53,775 bases of DNA from an uncultured bacterium (GTDB taxonomy: Bacteria; Patescibacteriota; Saccharimonadia; Saccharimonadales; Saccharimonadaceae). Where the stretch lies: contig CAIPOF010000055.1 of NCBI GenBank assembly GCA_903866605.1, positions 1 to 53,775 of the forward strand, in the 5' to 3' direction. Numbering within the stretch: position 1 is the first letter of the stretch; each line of letters opens with the position of its first letter. This document shows positions 1 through 9,310 of the stretch, in pieces. The position numbers and the translations under genes were made by a program. Below the pieces are notes generated by a model. That model ran no database searches and was not told the DNA's origin. It saw nothing but the letters and a program-made list of their open reading frames with translations.

Positions 1-1137
1 ATAATTATGAGTGGTGATTTTTTTCAATTGCCACCAATAAATCGAGGTGATTCGCGGGCCGGTGGTTTTGTAGTAAATAGCAAAGTCTGGCAAGAACTAG
101 ATCCAACTATCTGTTATTTAAGTGAACAATACCGTCAAGATGACGAAGAATTGATAGACATTTTGAATTCAATGCGATCTGGTGAATTACGGCGCAATCA
201 TGCCGAGAAATTGTTGGCACGGATAGATGTTGAGTCAGGCTCAAGGGAATTAATGACTGAACTTCATACCGTTAATGTTGATGTAGATCGTCTGAATAGC
301 GATAGGCTAGACTTGCTGGGTGGTGATGAAGTATTTTATACACAAACTACAACAGGTAGTAAAAATTATGTCGAAAGTTTGCAACGATCAGTTCTATCAC
401 CTGCAACGTTACGATTGAAAAAAGGTGCTTTTGTCATGGCGGTAAAAAACAGTCCAATCCGAAAATACGTGAATGGCAGTCTGGGAACTGTAATCGATTT
501 TGAGTCAGCCACAGAATACCCAATTGTGGAGTTTAAAAACGGCAAGGTAGTGACAATGCAGCCCGACACCTGGGAGTTGCGCGATGGTGATAAAAAACGA
601 GCCAGCATTACGCAAATTCCACTGCGTCTGGCATGGGCTATAACCGTGCATAAATCCCAGGGAATGACCTTGGATGCTGCCAGAATTGATTTGCGGAAAG
701 CCTTTGTTGAAGGCATGGGCTATGTTGCGTTAAGCCGAGTAAAAAATTTGCGCAGTTTGTATTTATCTGGTATTAATCAAATGGCTTTTCGTGTTAGTCA
801 AGATGCCCAAACGATTGATGTTTTATTGCGAGATAAAGCTAGTAAAGATTTAAAAAAATTTGCTCATCTTGAAAATGTAGCTAAAAAAAGAAAAGAAGAG
901 GCACCTAAAAAAATAAAACAAAAATCGAGTGGTTGGACTGCTAAAATTGCAAAAATGCGCGAGACATACCCTAACGCCTACAAACCATGGGAGAAAAAAC
1001 AAGATGATTTATTAAAGGAAAAATTTCAAAATGGAGCAACAATTAAACAGTTGAGTGATCTGCTTGGCAGACACCAAGGATCGATTACTATGCGCCTGCA
1101 GAAACATTTTGGCGAAGATATTGGTATAATGAGTTAA
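1..1137 (+). CDS. PIF1/RecD-type SF1 helicase, C-terminal portion (5' end outside window)
   Basis: Frame 1 is open from base 1. It begins inside helicase motif GDFFQLPPI, followed by ITVHKSQG and GYVALSRV motifs typical of Pif1/RecD helicases. A Lys-rich linker and a small HTH-like C-terminal module (IKQLSDLLGRHQGSITMRL) follow. Confidence 0.75.
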   Translation: MIMSGDFFQLPPINRGDSRAGGFVVNSKVWQELDPTICYLSEQYRQDDEELIDILNSMRSGELRRNHAEKLLARIDVESGSRELMTELHTVNVDVDRLNSDRLDLLGGDEVFYTQTTTGSKNYVESLQRSVLSPATLRLKKGAFVMAVKNSPIRKYVNGSLGTVIDFESATEYPIVEFKNGKVVTMQPDTWELRDGDKKRASITQIPLRLAWAITVHKSQGMTLDAARIDLRKAFVEGMGYVALSRVKNLRSLYLSGINQMAFRVSQDAQTIDVLLRDKASKDLKKFAHLENVAKKRKEEAPKKIKQKSSGWTAKIAKMRETYPNAYKPWEKKQDDLLKEKFQNGATIKQLSDLLGRHQGSITMRLQKHFGEDIGIMS

Positions 1138-1139
1138 AT

Positions 1140-2174
1140 ATGAATGAACCATTTGAAAAAAATGATATTAAAATAGCTGTCGTCGGTGGGGGAACAGGTA
1201 GTTTTACACTTCTATCGGCGTTAAAAAGTCATACTAAACAGTTAGCAGCAATCGTTAATATGGTTGATGATGGTGGTAGCACAGGTATATTGCGAGATGA
1301 GTTAGGGACTTTGCCTCCGGGTGATGTTCGCCAATGCCTAGTAGCACTTAGTGATTCACCAAAAATTCGAGATTTATTTAATTATAGATTCGAAGAGGGT
1401 ACATTTGGTGGGCATCCATTCGGCAATATTTTTCTGACAGCGCTTGAAAAGATGACGGGTAGTTTTAGTGAAGCCGTTAATACCGCTTCGGAAATATTAC
1501 GTATCAATGGCATAGTAATCCCAGCGACACTTGACGACGTTAGGCTAAAAATGGAGTGGCCTGAAGCAAGCATGATTTTGCACGGAGAACGTGTTATTGG
1601 GGATGATTATTTCAAATATGATCCTCGTCGAGCTATATTATCTTTGGTTCCCGAGGCAATCGCCAATCCAATTGCAGTGACAGCAATCGAAAAAGCAGAC
1701 ATGGTTGTTATTGCCCCTGGTGATTTGTATTCTTCATTAGGTCCACTGCTAATAATTGGTGGAATTGCCGAAGCTTTGAAAAAAACAAACGCAATATGCG
1801 TTTATGTATCGAATTTGGTGACAAAAGACGGCCAGACCGAAGGTTTTACGGTTAGTGATCATGCCAAGGAAATTGAAAGATTTGTAGGTGCACCATTCTT
1901 GGACTATGTATTATATAACGAACAAATTCCCGCTAAAGAAGTTGCAAAAAATTATAAAGAGGAAAATGCGTTTTTAGTTAAAGCTGACAAAAAAACACTA
2001 GGTCGGGCAAGCTACAAGGCTATTTCTGGAGAATTTTTGGGCGAAATGGCTGTTAAAAAAGAATCTGACGTACTAATGAGTAAGCGATCATTGATCCGTC
2101 ATGATACTACAGCGGTTGCTAATGCACTGATTAATTTATTTGACTCTAGCAAGAAGGAAAATGATAGTAAATAA
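1140..2174 (+). CDS. yvcK: YvcK/CofD-like (UPF0052, gluconeogenesis-factor family) protein
   Basis: IAVVGGGTGSFTLL, NMVDDGGSTGILRDE and PPGDVRQCLVAL blocks are signatures of the YvcK/CofD family. The gene starts 3 nt after the upstream stop. Confidence 0.8.
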   Translation: MNEPFEKNDIKIAVVGGGTGSFTLLSALKSHTKQLAAIVNMVDDGGSTGILRDELGTLPPGDVRQCLVALSDSPKIRDLFNYRFEEGTFGGHPFGNIFLTALEKMTGSFSEAVNTASEILRINGIVIPATLDDVRLKMEWPEASMILHGERVIGDDYFKYDPRRAILSLVPEAIANPIAVTAIEKADMVVIAPGDLYSSLGPLLIIGGIAEALKKTNAICVYVSNLVTKDGQTEGFTVSDHAKEIERFVGAPFLDYVLYNEQIPAKEVAKNYKEENAFLVKADKKTLGRASYKAISGEFLGEMAVKKESDVLMSKRSLIRHDTTAVANALINLFDSSKKENDSK

Positions 2175-2863
2175 TGCAAAACATCGGCACATATTTTGTA
2201 GTTGATTTTGATAGATGCATAGGGAATATTGACGCGAGTTTTAATTTATTAAATGAAGTTGCTCATGAACTTATGATTGTCAACAAGGAATTATTTATTT
2301 CAATGCGCAAACAAGCAGAGTCAGAGGGCAAGCCTTTTAGTGCAATAGAACAGTTAAAGAAAAAATATCCCTCAACTAACCTGGATATTATTGAAAAAAT
2401 GTATTTAAAAAAGGCAAGCTTGTTGTCAAGCGAGTTGTTAGAACCAGGGGCGAGGGATTTCTTGGATTATTTGCATTTTAATAAAATTAATTTTTGCATA
2501 ATGAGTTTTGGTGATGAACGTTGGCAAAAGGTTAAGATTAAGGGTGCAGGAATTACCAAGACACCAGTAATAATAGTAAAAAGAATCGATAAAAGCAGTC
2601 ATATCCGAGAATGGCTTAACCCAAAAAGTGGAAAGTTTTTAATACCAAAGAAATATTTTTTAGATAATAAGTCAAAAGTAGCCAGTGAGATTGTTTTGAT
2701 TGATGATAAGGTGAAAGCATTTGAAAATCTACCATTAAACGTTCGCGGATATATTGTGCTGGGTTCATCTAGCACTCAAACAAAATTACAGATAGACGGA
2801 CTCCCTTCATCTATTAAAAAAGTTGATCTTATCAATGAAATAATCGATCAAGAATTTTTGTAA
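2174..2863 (+). CDS. Putative HAD-like hydrolase
   Basis: TAATG stop/start overlap with the upstream gene. N-terminal VVDFDRC (DxD-type motif) and distal LIDDK fit the HAD fold only loosely. Confidence 0.4.
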   Translation: MQNIGTYFVVDFDRCIGNIDASFNLLNEVAHELMIVNKELFISMRKQAESEGKPFSAIEQLKKKYPSTNLDIIEKMYLKKASLLSSELLEPGARDFLDYLHFNKINFCIMSFGDERWQKVKIKGAGITKTPVIIVKRIDKSSHIREWLNPKSGKFLIPKKYFLDNKSKVASEIVLIDDKVKAFENLPLNVRGYIVLGSSSTQTKLQIDGLPSSIKKVDLINEIIDQEFL

Positions 2864-2909
2864 TAAATTCATAGTAATTTTCTTACTCTGTATCTGTTAA
2901 CCCAAATGT

Positions 2910-2931
2910 TTATCCACAAAACTGTGAATAA
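2910..2931. promoter_or_regulatory. Convergent pair of DnaA-box-like 9-mers
   Basis: TTATCCACA (2910-2918, perfect consensus), a 4-nt gap, then TGTGAATAA (2923-2931). The second is the reverse complement of TTATTCACA, one mismatch from consensus. Confidence 0.3.
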
Positions 2932-2967
2932 CTCTGTAATTGTATATAAAATTATTGTAATTAGGGG

Positions 2968-3018
2968 TTGAAGTGAGTAATGGTGGGTAGTATAGTTAAC
3001 TTAGTGGAAATAAGTGGG
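2968..3018 (+). promoter_or_regulatory. Candidate dcw promoter overlapped by MraZ-type GTGGG direct repeats
   Basis: TTGAAG (2968-2973), a 17-nt spacer, then TATAGT (2991-2996). Boxes GTGAG 2973, GTGGG 2983, GTGGA 3004 and GTGGG 3014 form two pairs, each with 10-bp spacing, about 70 nt upstream of mraZ. Confidence 0.5.
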
Positions 3019-3086
3019 TAGCACCATCAAAAAACAAACACCACTAACATTAATAACCTAAGCGGAGCCAAAGAAGAAGCAATAAT

Positions 3087-3458
3087 ATGGCAGGCATAGA
3101 TTATTTCGAACGAAAGCTTGATGACAAGCATCGGTTGACGATACCGACAGAGCTTCGAAATGAATTTGCTAGCGGTGTTGTGTTGACTCGAGGCTTTGGC
3201 AAATATTTACATCTTTATCCAAAACAAGTATGGGATAGAGAAGTTGAGCCTAAACTGGGCAGTAGTATTTTCGACGAAAGAATAGCCGATCTGACAGTTA
3301 GGTTTAGGCGTGGCAAAACCGAGGCGGAACTTGATCAAAAACAAGGTCGAGTTACAGTCGAGCAGCATTTGCTTGACTATGCAGGGATTAGTCGAGGGCT
3401 GATTGCAGTCAGGGTAGGTACTTACTGGCGAATAATGCCACCCGATGCCGAAGTATAA
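3087..3458 (+). CDS. mraZ: Transcriptional regulator MraZ
   Basis: Two SpoVT/AbrB-like halves (DDKHRLTIPTELR and DQKQGRVTVEQHLLDYAGI). It is the first gene of the dcw cluster. Confidence 0.9.
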   Translation: MAGIDYFERKLDDKHRLTIPTELRNEFASGVVLTRGFGKYLHLYPKQVWDREVEPKLGSSIFDERIADLTVRFRRGKTEAELDQKQGRVTVEQHLLDYAGISRGLIAVRVGTYWRIMPPDAEV

Positions 3459-3781
3459 GGCTATAAGTATAATTGTACTTTAAAAATTTATTTCTAAATA
3501 AAGAAAACTCTCGAGATCAACTATCTGGTAGTTAGGCAGTGGGCTACGGGCCATATTAAAAAACCGCGCTCTTTGTTCAAAAAAACACACCTCCCAAAAA
3601 AACTCCACCTCACACATAAGTCTCTCAACCGAAGAATTTTAGCAGAGTATGACTTGCTTTTTGCAATCACTGTGAAAATTATTCGGAAACTTATAAATAA
3701 AACAAACACATATAAAAACAAAAAGCCATAGCTGCCAGTTAGGTGATCTCGAAACGTTCTCTGTGTTATCATAGAGAACAA

Positions 3782-4681
3782 ATGAGTACAAAAGAACATC
3801 CACCACAAAATTCATTACATGTTCCAGTTTTATTAGAATCGACGCTTGAACTGCTAAATCCGATGAAAGACGAGAATTATCTTGATCTGACGGCTGGATA
3901 TGGTGGTCATGCAAGTCGAATTTTAAATATTACTGGTAATTATGCCGAATCTGTCTTGGTCGATCGTGATGATTACGCCATAAAGCGTTTGAAATCATTA
4001 TCGGACAAGGGGACAAAGCTATTGAGCACTGATTTTGTCACTGCCGCAAGGCAATTGATAAAAGAAGGTCGTAAATTTAACATGATTCTGATTGATTTGG
4101 GGGTGTCATCACCACAACTCGATCAGAGCGAACGAGGGTTTTCGTTTACAAATAGTGGTCCGCTAGATATGCGTATGGATCGACGCCAGGCAAAAAGCGC
4201 TAAAACGCTGGTTAACACCGCCTCGCAGGAGGATCTGACGCGTATCATTACTCAATATGGTGAGGAGCCAGTTGGGTTCTCAAAGAAAATCGCGCTTGCG
4301 ATCATCGCAAACAGACCACTGTCAAAAACTGGAGAACTCGCCGATTTGATCAAAAAAACATATAGTGGCAAATGGAAAAAAATTCATCCAGCCACACGCA
4401 CCTTTCAAGCACTCCGGATTGCAGTCAATGATGAGCTTCGGCAAATCGAAGACATGTTGCCACTCTTGCCCGACCTATTAAAACCAGGCGGGCGAGTGGG
4501 CATCATTAGCTTTCATAGTCTTGAGGACAGATTAGTAAAACGCTTTTTCAAAGAGCAATTAGAATCTGGATTCGAGGCCGAAATCTTGCCATTGACTAAA
4601 AAGCCGATTAAAGGGAGTGACAACGATGTTCATAACCCGCGTGCACGAAGTAGCAAACTTCGTGTCGCAGTGAAAAAATAA
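3782..4681 (+). CDS. rsmH: 16S rRNA (cytosine1402-N4)-methyltransferase RsmH
   Basis: HVPVLLESTLELL, LDLTAGYGGHA, DLGVSSPQLD and SFHSLEDR motifs. ATG 3782 is preferred over the in-frame ATG 3743 because conserved sequence begins right after it. Confidence 0.9.
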   Translation: MSTKEHPPQNSLHVPVLLESTLELLNPMKDENYLDLTAGYGGHASRILNITGNYAESVLVDRDDYAIKRLKSLSDKGTKLLSTDFVTAARQLIKEGRKFNMILIDLGVSSPQLDQSERGFSFTNSGPLDMRMDRRQAKSAKTLVNTASQEDLTRIITQYGEEPVGFSKKIALAIIANRPLSKTGELADLIKKTYSGKWKKIHPATRTFQALRIAVNDELRQIEDMLPLLPDLLKPGGRVGIISFHSLEDRLVKRFFKEQLESGFEAEILPLTKKPIKGSDNDVHNPRARSSKLRVAVKK

Positions 4682-4784
4682 AACAAAAATAAAAGAAAGG
4701 GCAAAACACCATGCCAATTCACATCCCGGTACAATATTCGGACATAGCTCAAGTAGTCACTGTCCACGTAAAATAGTACAAAAT

Positions 4785-4826
4785 TGCTTCGTTCGTTGTT
4801 TTTTTAAAAAAATAGCGAACGAAGCA
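4785..4826. repeat. Perfect 11-bp inverted repeat (hairpin) between rsmH and ftsL
   Basis: TGCTTCGTTCG (4785-4795) pairs with CGAACGAAGCA (4816-4826). The 20-nt loop contains T7A7, which can extend the stem. Confidence 0.5.
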
Positions 4827-4859
4827 CCAACATAAACATAAACAGAAGTTATTAATAAA

Positions 4860-5210
4860 ATGTCTTATCAACGCACACAATCCTTTAACAGCAGGCGCCA
4901 GAAAAATTGGTCTCGCAATCAAAATACAGTTGCCTATGTTTCGGCTATCAAGCTTGGACCTGTAGCGCATACTGTACTTGTTGCACTTATGATTACGGTT
5001 CTTGGCTTAATATATTTAACCCAAGCGACTAAAGCAACAAGTTATGATTACGCAACCGAAAAAATTGACAGCCAGATTGCAGAGCTAAATACGCAAAAAA
5101 ACGATCTACAGATTGAAAATGCCAAATTAACTGCACTCGAAACTGTCAAAAATAGTAGTGTTGCTTCAACTATGACAACACCTGCTTCAACCGACTACGT
5201 TTCTCAATAG
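4860..5210 (+). CDS. ftsL: FtsL-like cell division protein
   Basis: 116 aa with a basic N-terminus, one TM helix (VLVALMITVLGLIYL) and a coiled coil (IAELNTQKNDLQIENAKL). It lies between rsmH and ftsI. Confidence 0.6.
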   Translation: MSYQRTQSFNSRRQKNWSRNQNTVAYVSAIKLGPVAHTVLVALMITVLGLIYLTQATKATSYDYATEKIDSQIAELNTQKNDLQIENAKLTALETVKNSSVASTMTTPASTDYVSQ

Positions 5211-5214
5211 GCTT

Positions 5215-6954
5215 ATGAATCTAGAATTACAAAAAGGTAGTCGTTCGAAAATTTTAGCGGCTATAATTGTTAGCCTTATTGTTGTTTTCATCGTCAGGTT
5301 ATTTTATTTACAAATTATTCAACATGGTTATTATGTTCAACAAGCTAATAAAGAACAGCTAAAACGATTGACTATTCCTGCAAAAAGGGGGCTTATCTAT
5401 GCACTAGATGGCAACATTCCAGTGCCGATTGTGATGAACCAGACAGTCTATACTGTTTTCGCAGATCCACAGACAACAGATGATAATAGCAAAATAATTG
5501 ATACAATTAGACAAATTGCAGGTGGAAATGCCCGCGATAATCTAGAATCATTGCTGAGTAAAAAAGATAGTCGTTATCAAATATTGGCAACAAGGATTAC
5601 TAGGACTCAGGCCGATAAAATTAAGAGAATCAATTTAAAAGGTATTGGCTTTCAGGAAGAATCACAACGGGTATATACAGAAGGCTCGCTTGCATCGCAG
5701 ACACTGGGATTTGTGGATTTTGGTGGTATTGGTAGATATGGAGTTGAAGCAAAACTAAACTCCCGACTTACAGGCACAGATGGTTTGTTACAGTCAGTCA
5801 CTGACGTAAGAGATGTGCCACTTACGATTGGTAATAATAATATAGATAAACCTGCGGTTGATGGTGCTAATATTGTCCTGAGTATTGATCGTAATGTCCA
5901 ATCACACGTAGAACAAGCTTTGGCTGACGGACTAAAACGAACAGGTGCTACGAGGGGAAATGCAATCGTGATGGATCCTCAGACTGGCAGAGTACTTGCA
6001 ATGGCTAATCTACCGACATTTGATCCAGCAAAATTCAACGAAGTTACTAATTCTGCAGATTTTAATAATGGTGTCGTTTCGGCGCCATATGAACCTGGGT
6101 CAGATATGAAAACACTTACAATGGCAACTGGGATTGATAAGGGTGTTGTCACGCCAAGCTCAACCTATGTTAACACAGATCATATTCAAGTTGATGATCG
6201 GACCATATCCAATGCTTCATTCGGTCAAACCGGAACAATAACATTTCAACATGCTATGAATTGGTCACTTAACACTGGCTTTGTAACTGTCGCAGAGCGT
6301 CTAGGGGATGGATCTAGCATTACATTAGGGGCACGAAACACCATGTATGACTATTTTTATAACAGATTTCATTTAGGACAACTAACTGGGCTAGAAGTTG
6401 CTGGCGAAGTTGCTGGCACAATAATACCCCCGACCTCTGAAGATGGAAATGCGGTTCGTTATGCAACTATGGCATTTGGTCAAGGGATGGACGTAACGAT
6501 GGTACAGGTAGCGTCAGCGTTTTGTTCAATTGTCAATGGTGGAAATTATTATCATCCGACAGTTTTAGCTGGGGTAATAGATAAAAATGGAAAATATATA
6601 ACAAATAAAATAGCGGGTGTCTCATCACCAATTTCAAAGTCTACTGCTGACCAGGTCCGTCAGATGACTCAGATTGCCAGAACTACAAATTTTCCGGGTA
6701 TAGATAAACCGGGTTATTATATCGGCGGAAAAACTGGAACGTCACAGGTTGCGAAAAACGGTACGTATGCAACTGACGAGACAATTGCAACCTATTTAGG
6801 CTATGGAGGTAGTGAAGAAATGACCAGGTATGTCATAATGGTACAGGTATCTGGTGATCATAAAGAATTTGCGGGTAATTATGATGCCATGCCAATATTT
6901 ACTGATATGTCTAACTGGATGATAAATTATTTAGCGTTACAACCGAAAGGGTAA
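5215..6954 (+). CDS. ftsI: Penicillin-binding protein / peptidoglycan D,D-transpeptidase (FtsI-like)
   Basis: N-terminal TM anchor plus transpeptidase motifs SxxK (GSDMK), SxN (ISNAS) and KTG (GGKTGTS). Confidence 0.9.
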   Translation: MNLELQKGSRSKILAAIIVSLIVVFIVRLFYLQIIQHGYYVQQANKEQLKRLTIPAKRGLIYALDGNIPVPIVMNQTVYTVFADPQTTDDNSKIIDTIRQIAGGNARDNLESLLSKKDSRYQILATRITRTQADKIKRINLKGIGFQEESQRVYTEGSLASQTLGFVDFGGIGRYGVEAKLNSRLTGTDGLLQSVTDVRDVPLTIGNNNIDKPAVDGANIVLSIDRNVQSHVEQALADGLKRTGATRGNAIVMDPQTGRVLAMANLPTFDPAKFNEVTNSADFNNGVVSAPYEPGSDMKTLTMATGIDKGVVTPSSTYVNTDHIQVDDRTISNASFGQTGTITFQHAMNWSLNTGFVTVAERLGDGSSITLGARNTMYDYFYNRFHLGQLTGLEVAGEVAGTIIPPTSEDGNAVRYATMAFGQGMDVTMVQVASAFCSIVNGGNYYHPTVLAGVIDKNGKYITNKIAGVSSPISKSTADQVRQMTQIARTTNFPGIDKPGYYIGGKTGTSQVAKNGTYATDETIATYLGYGGSEEMTRYVIMVQVSGDHKEFAGNYDAMPIFTDMSNWMINYLALQPKG

Positions 6955-6957
6955 TAA

Positions 6958-7995
6958 ATGCACAGCTTTACATTGATTGAACTAACACATGAACTAACCA
7001 GGACTTTTACGTTGAGCGTCGGTGCTTTTGTGCTGGCAATGTTACTAACTCCGATCTACACATTAATAGCATATAAATACAAATTTTGGAAAAAACAACG
7101 TACCAACAGCACGACTGGCGAAAAATTAGAAGTCTTTAATAAATTGCATGCTAATAAATTTAGACGAAATATTCCAACAATGGCGGGGGTAATATTTGTT
7201 ATCGCAATTTCTGTTATTACTGTTATTTTTAATCTAGACAGGGGACAAACTTGGCTACCGGTTGCAGCCCTTGTTTGTGGAGCACTTGTTGGCTTGCTTG
7301 ATGATATTATCAATGTTCGTGGGCAGGGTAAGGGTGTTGCTGGCCTACGATCAAGTCTCAAATTTCTGATGATTACAGCTATTGGCCTTGCCTTGGGATG
7401 GTTTTTTTATGCGAAACTTGGTGCAGTTTCGATCAACATTCCTTTTATGGGCGAATTTATGCTTGGTTGGTTGATTATCCCACTTTTTGCTTTTGCAGTC
7501 GTTGCTACTAGCAATGCTGTGAATATAAGTGATGGGCTTGACGGGTTGGCAGGAGGCCTGGTTGCGATTAGCTATGTTGCATTTGGTATTATTGCACTTT
7601 TTCAAGCACAACTTTTATTAGCGGGATTTTGTTTTACCGTCGTAGGCGCGCTACTCAGCTATTTGTGGTTTAATATTTATCCAGCTAGGTTTTTTATGGG
7701 AGATATAGGTAGTTTTGCACTTGGCACGTCACTTGGTGTAGTTGCAATGTTAACGAATACGTTGTTCTTATTGCCAATTATTGGAATAGTTTTTGTTGCT
7801 GAAGCCGGCTCAAGTTTAATCCAAATCATCAGCAAACGTGTATTTCATAAACGCATATTTATTTCGGCTCCAATACATCAGCACCTTGAAGCCTCTGGGT
7901 GGCCCGAGACAAAAGTAACGATGAGGTTTTGGATAATTGCTGTCGTCGCTTCGTTTGTCGGCGTATTACTTGCCATGGCGGGGGGCAGTATTTAA
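6958..7995 (+). CDS. mraY: Phospho-N-acetylmuramoyl-pentapeptide transferase MraY
   Basis: Polytopic membrane protein with NAVNISDGLDGLAGG and FMGDIGSFALG motifs. Confidence 0.95.
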   Translation: MHSFTLIELTHELTRTFTLSVGAFVLAMLLTPIYTLIAYKYKFWKKQRTNSTTGEKLEVFNKLHANKFRRNIPTMAGVIFVIAISVITVIFNLDRGQTWLPVAALVCGALVGLLDDIINVRGQGKGVAGLRSSLKFLMITAIGLALGWFFYAKLGAVSINIPFMGEFMLGWLIIPLFAFAVVATSNAVNISDGLDGLAGGLVAISYVAFGIIALFQAQLLLAGFCFTVVGALLSYLWFNIYPARFFMGDIGSFALGTSLGVVAMLTNTLFLLPIIGIVFVAEAGSSLIQIISKRVFHKRIFISAPIHQHLEASGWPETKVTMRFWIIAVVASFVGVLLAMAGGSI

Positions 7996-7996
7996 A

Positions 7997-9310
7997 GTGT
8001 TAAGAAATCGAAATATTGGTTATCTATCAAGTCTTTCAAATGAGGCTCAATATAGTGATAAAACACCTATACGTCGCCATAGACCTGACTACGCGATAAT
8101 TTTATATATGGGTTTATTGATGCTGATTGGTTTAATCATTATGTACGCTATTGGCCCACAACGTGCTAACGTTTTGAACAATGCCTATGGTGGTGATTAC
8201 AGCGGAACTTATTTCTTTTTTAAACAAGTTACTAGTTTAATATTTGCTTTAGTGGCTTTTGGGACAATGGCGATAATTCCATATACACTAGTCACAAAAA
8301 ATTCTGGCAAGATACTTCTTGTCGCGTTAGGGTCTTGTGTGCTACTGGCGATTGCTGGATGGGCGAATCTAGGTATTGCTCAACAATCATTAGGCGCAAC
8401 ACGTTGGTTTAACTTCGGATTATTGGGTAGTTTGCAACCTGCCGAATTTTTGAAATTTGCAATCTTGATATTTACAGCAGGTTTTTTGGGTGCAAAGATT
8501 AAACAAGGAAAAGTGAATGATACTCACGAGACACTTATCCCGTTAGCGATTATTGTAGCCATTTCGATGTTGTTTATTGTTGTGATTCAAAAGGATCTGG
8601 GTACTGGTATATCTTTGGTTGGAATTATTGCTTCGATGCTCTTTATCGGAGGAATTAATAAACGGAATGGGGGCATTATCCTATTGATATTTGCCGCCAT
8701 AGGAGCAATATTTATCATTAGCGCGCCTCATCGTATTGACCGAATAGCCACATATATCAAAGGTGACAATTCTTCTATCAGCGATGCCAGTAGCTACCAA
8801 ATAGAGCATGCAAAAATTGCAATTGGGACAGGGGGCTTATTCGGTGTTGGAATAGGGAATAGTGTTCAAGCAACCGGATATTTACCCGAAGCTATTAATG
8901 ACTCAGTCTTTGCTATTATGGGAGAAACGTTTGGGTTTGTAGGTTTGGTAATAATATTGCTGTTATTTTTAGCACTTCTAATGAGGATATTAAAAGTAAT
9001 GGATCATCTTGTTGATTATAGATTAAAATTAATTGCAGCCGGAGTATTTGGCTGGTTGGGCGCACATGTTATTCTAAATGTAGCATCAATGATAGGCATT
9101 TTCCCATTAACAGGTATTACATTACCACTGCTAAGCTTTGGAGGTACAAGTATGCTATTTATTGCTGCAGCACTTGGAATAGTATTCCAATTATCACATT
9201 ATACAATTCATCCATCAAAACTAAAGGAGGCGCAAAATGAAAATTTTAGCAGTCGGCGGGGGATCGGGCGGTCACGTCACTCCAGTCGTAGCAGTTTTAC
9301 GCGAAATTAG
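7997..9310 (+). CDS. ftsW: SEDS-family peptidoglycan glycosyltransferase FtsW
   Basis: Multi-TM protein with LQPAEFLKFA, GTGGLFGVGIGNS and PLLSFGGTSM motifs. The start is uncertain: GTG 7997 follows the mraY stop, while TTG 7937 would overlap mraY by 59 nt. The 3' end overlaps murG by 74 nt. Confidence 0.9.
   Translation: MLRNRNIGYLSSLSNEAQYSDKTPIRRHRPDYAIILYMGLLMLIGLIIMYAIGPQRANVLNNAYGGDYSGTYFFFKQVTSLIFALVAFGTMAIIPYTLVTKNSGKILLVALGSCVLLAIAGWANLGIAQQSLGATRWFNFGLLGSLQPAEFLKFAILIFTAGFLGAKIKQGKVNDTHETLIPLAIIVAISMLFIVVIQKDLGTGISLVGIIASMLFIGGINKRNGGIILLIFAAIGAIFIISAPHRIDRIATYIKGDNSSISDASSYQIEHAKIAIGTGGLFGVGIGNSVQATGYLPEAINDSVFAIMGETFGFVGLVIILLLFLALLMRILKVMDHLVDYRLKLIAAGVFGWLGAHVILNVASMIGIFPLTGITLPLLSFGGTSMLFIAAALGIVFQLSHYTIHPSKLKEAQNENFSSRRGIGRSRHSSRSSFTRN

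Noticed and set aside
2910-2931. Replication origin (oriC), based on a perfect DnaA box.
   Set aside because: There are only two boxes, no AT-rich unwinding repeats organised nearby, and no dnaA/dnaN context. A single perfect 9-mer is expected by chance at roughly this window size.
3511-3752. MITE-like insertion bounded by the 9-bp inverted repeat TCGAGATCA / TGATCTCGA in the mraZ-rsmH spacer.
   Set aside because: A 9-bp inverted repeat within about 300 bp is not clearly beyond chance. I saw no target-site duplication and no other copies.
3521-3914. Minus-strand ORFs 3521-3808 and 3639-3914 in the mraZ-rsmH spacer and the rsmH 5' end.
   Set aside because: They overlap each other and rsmH, have hydrophobic and low-complexity AT-driven composition, and lack a start context.
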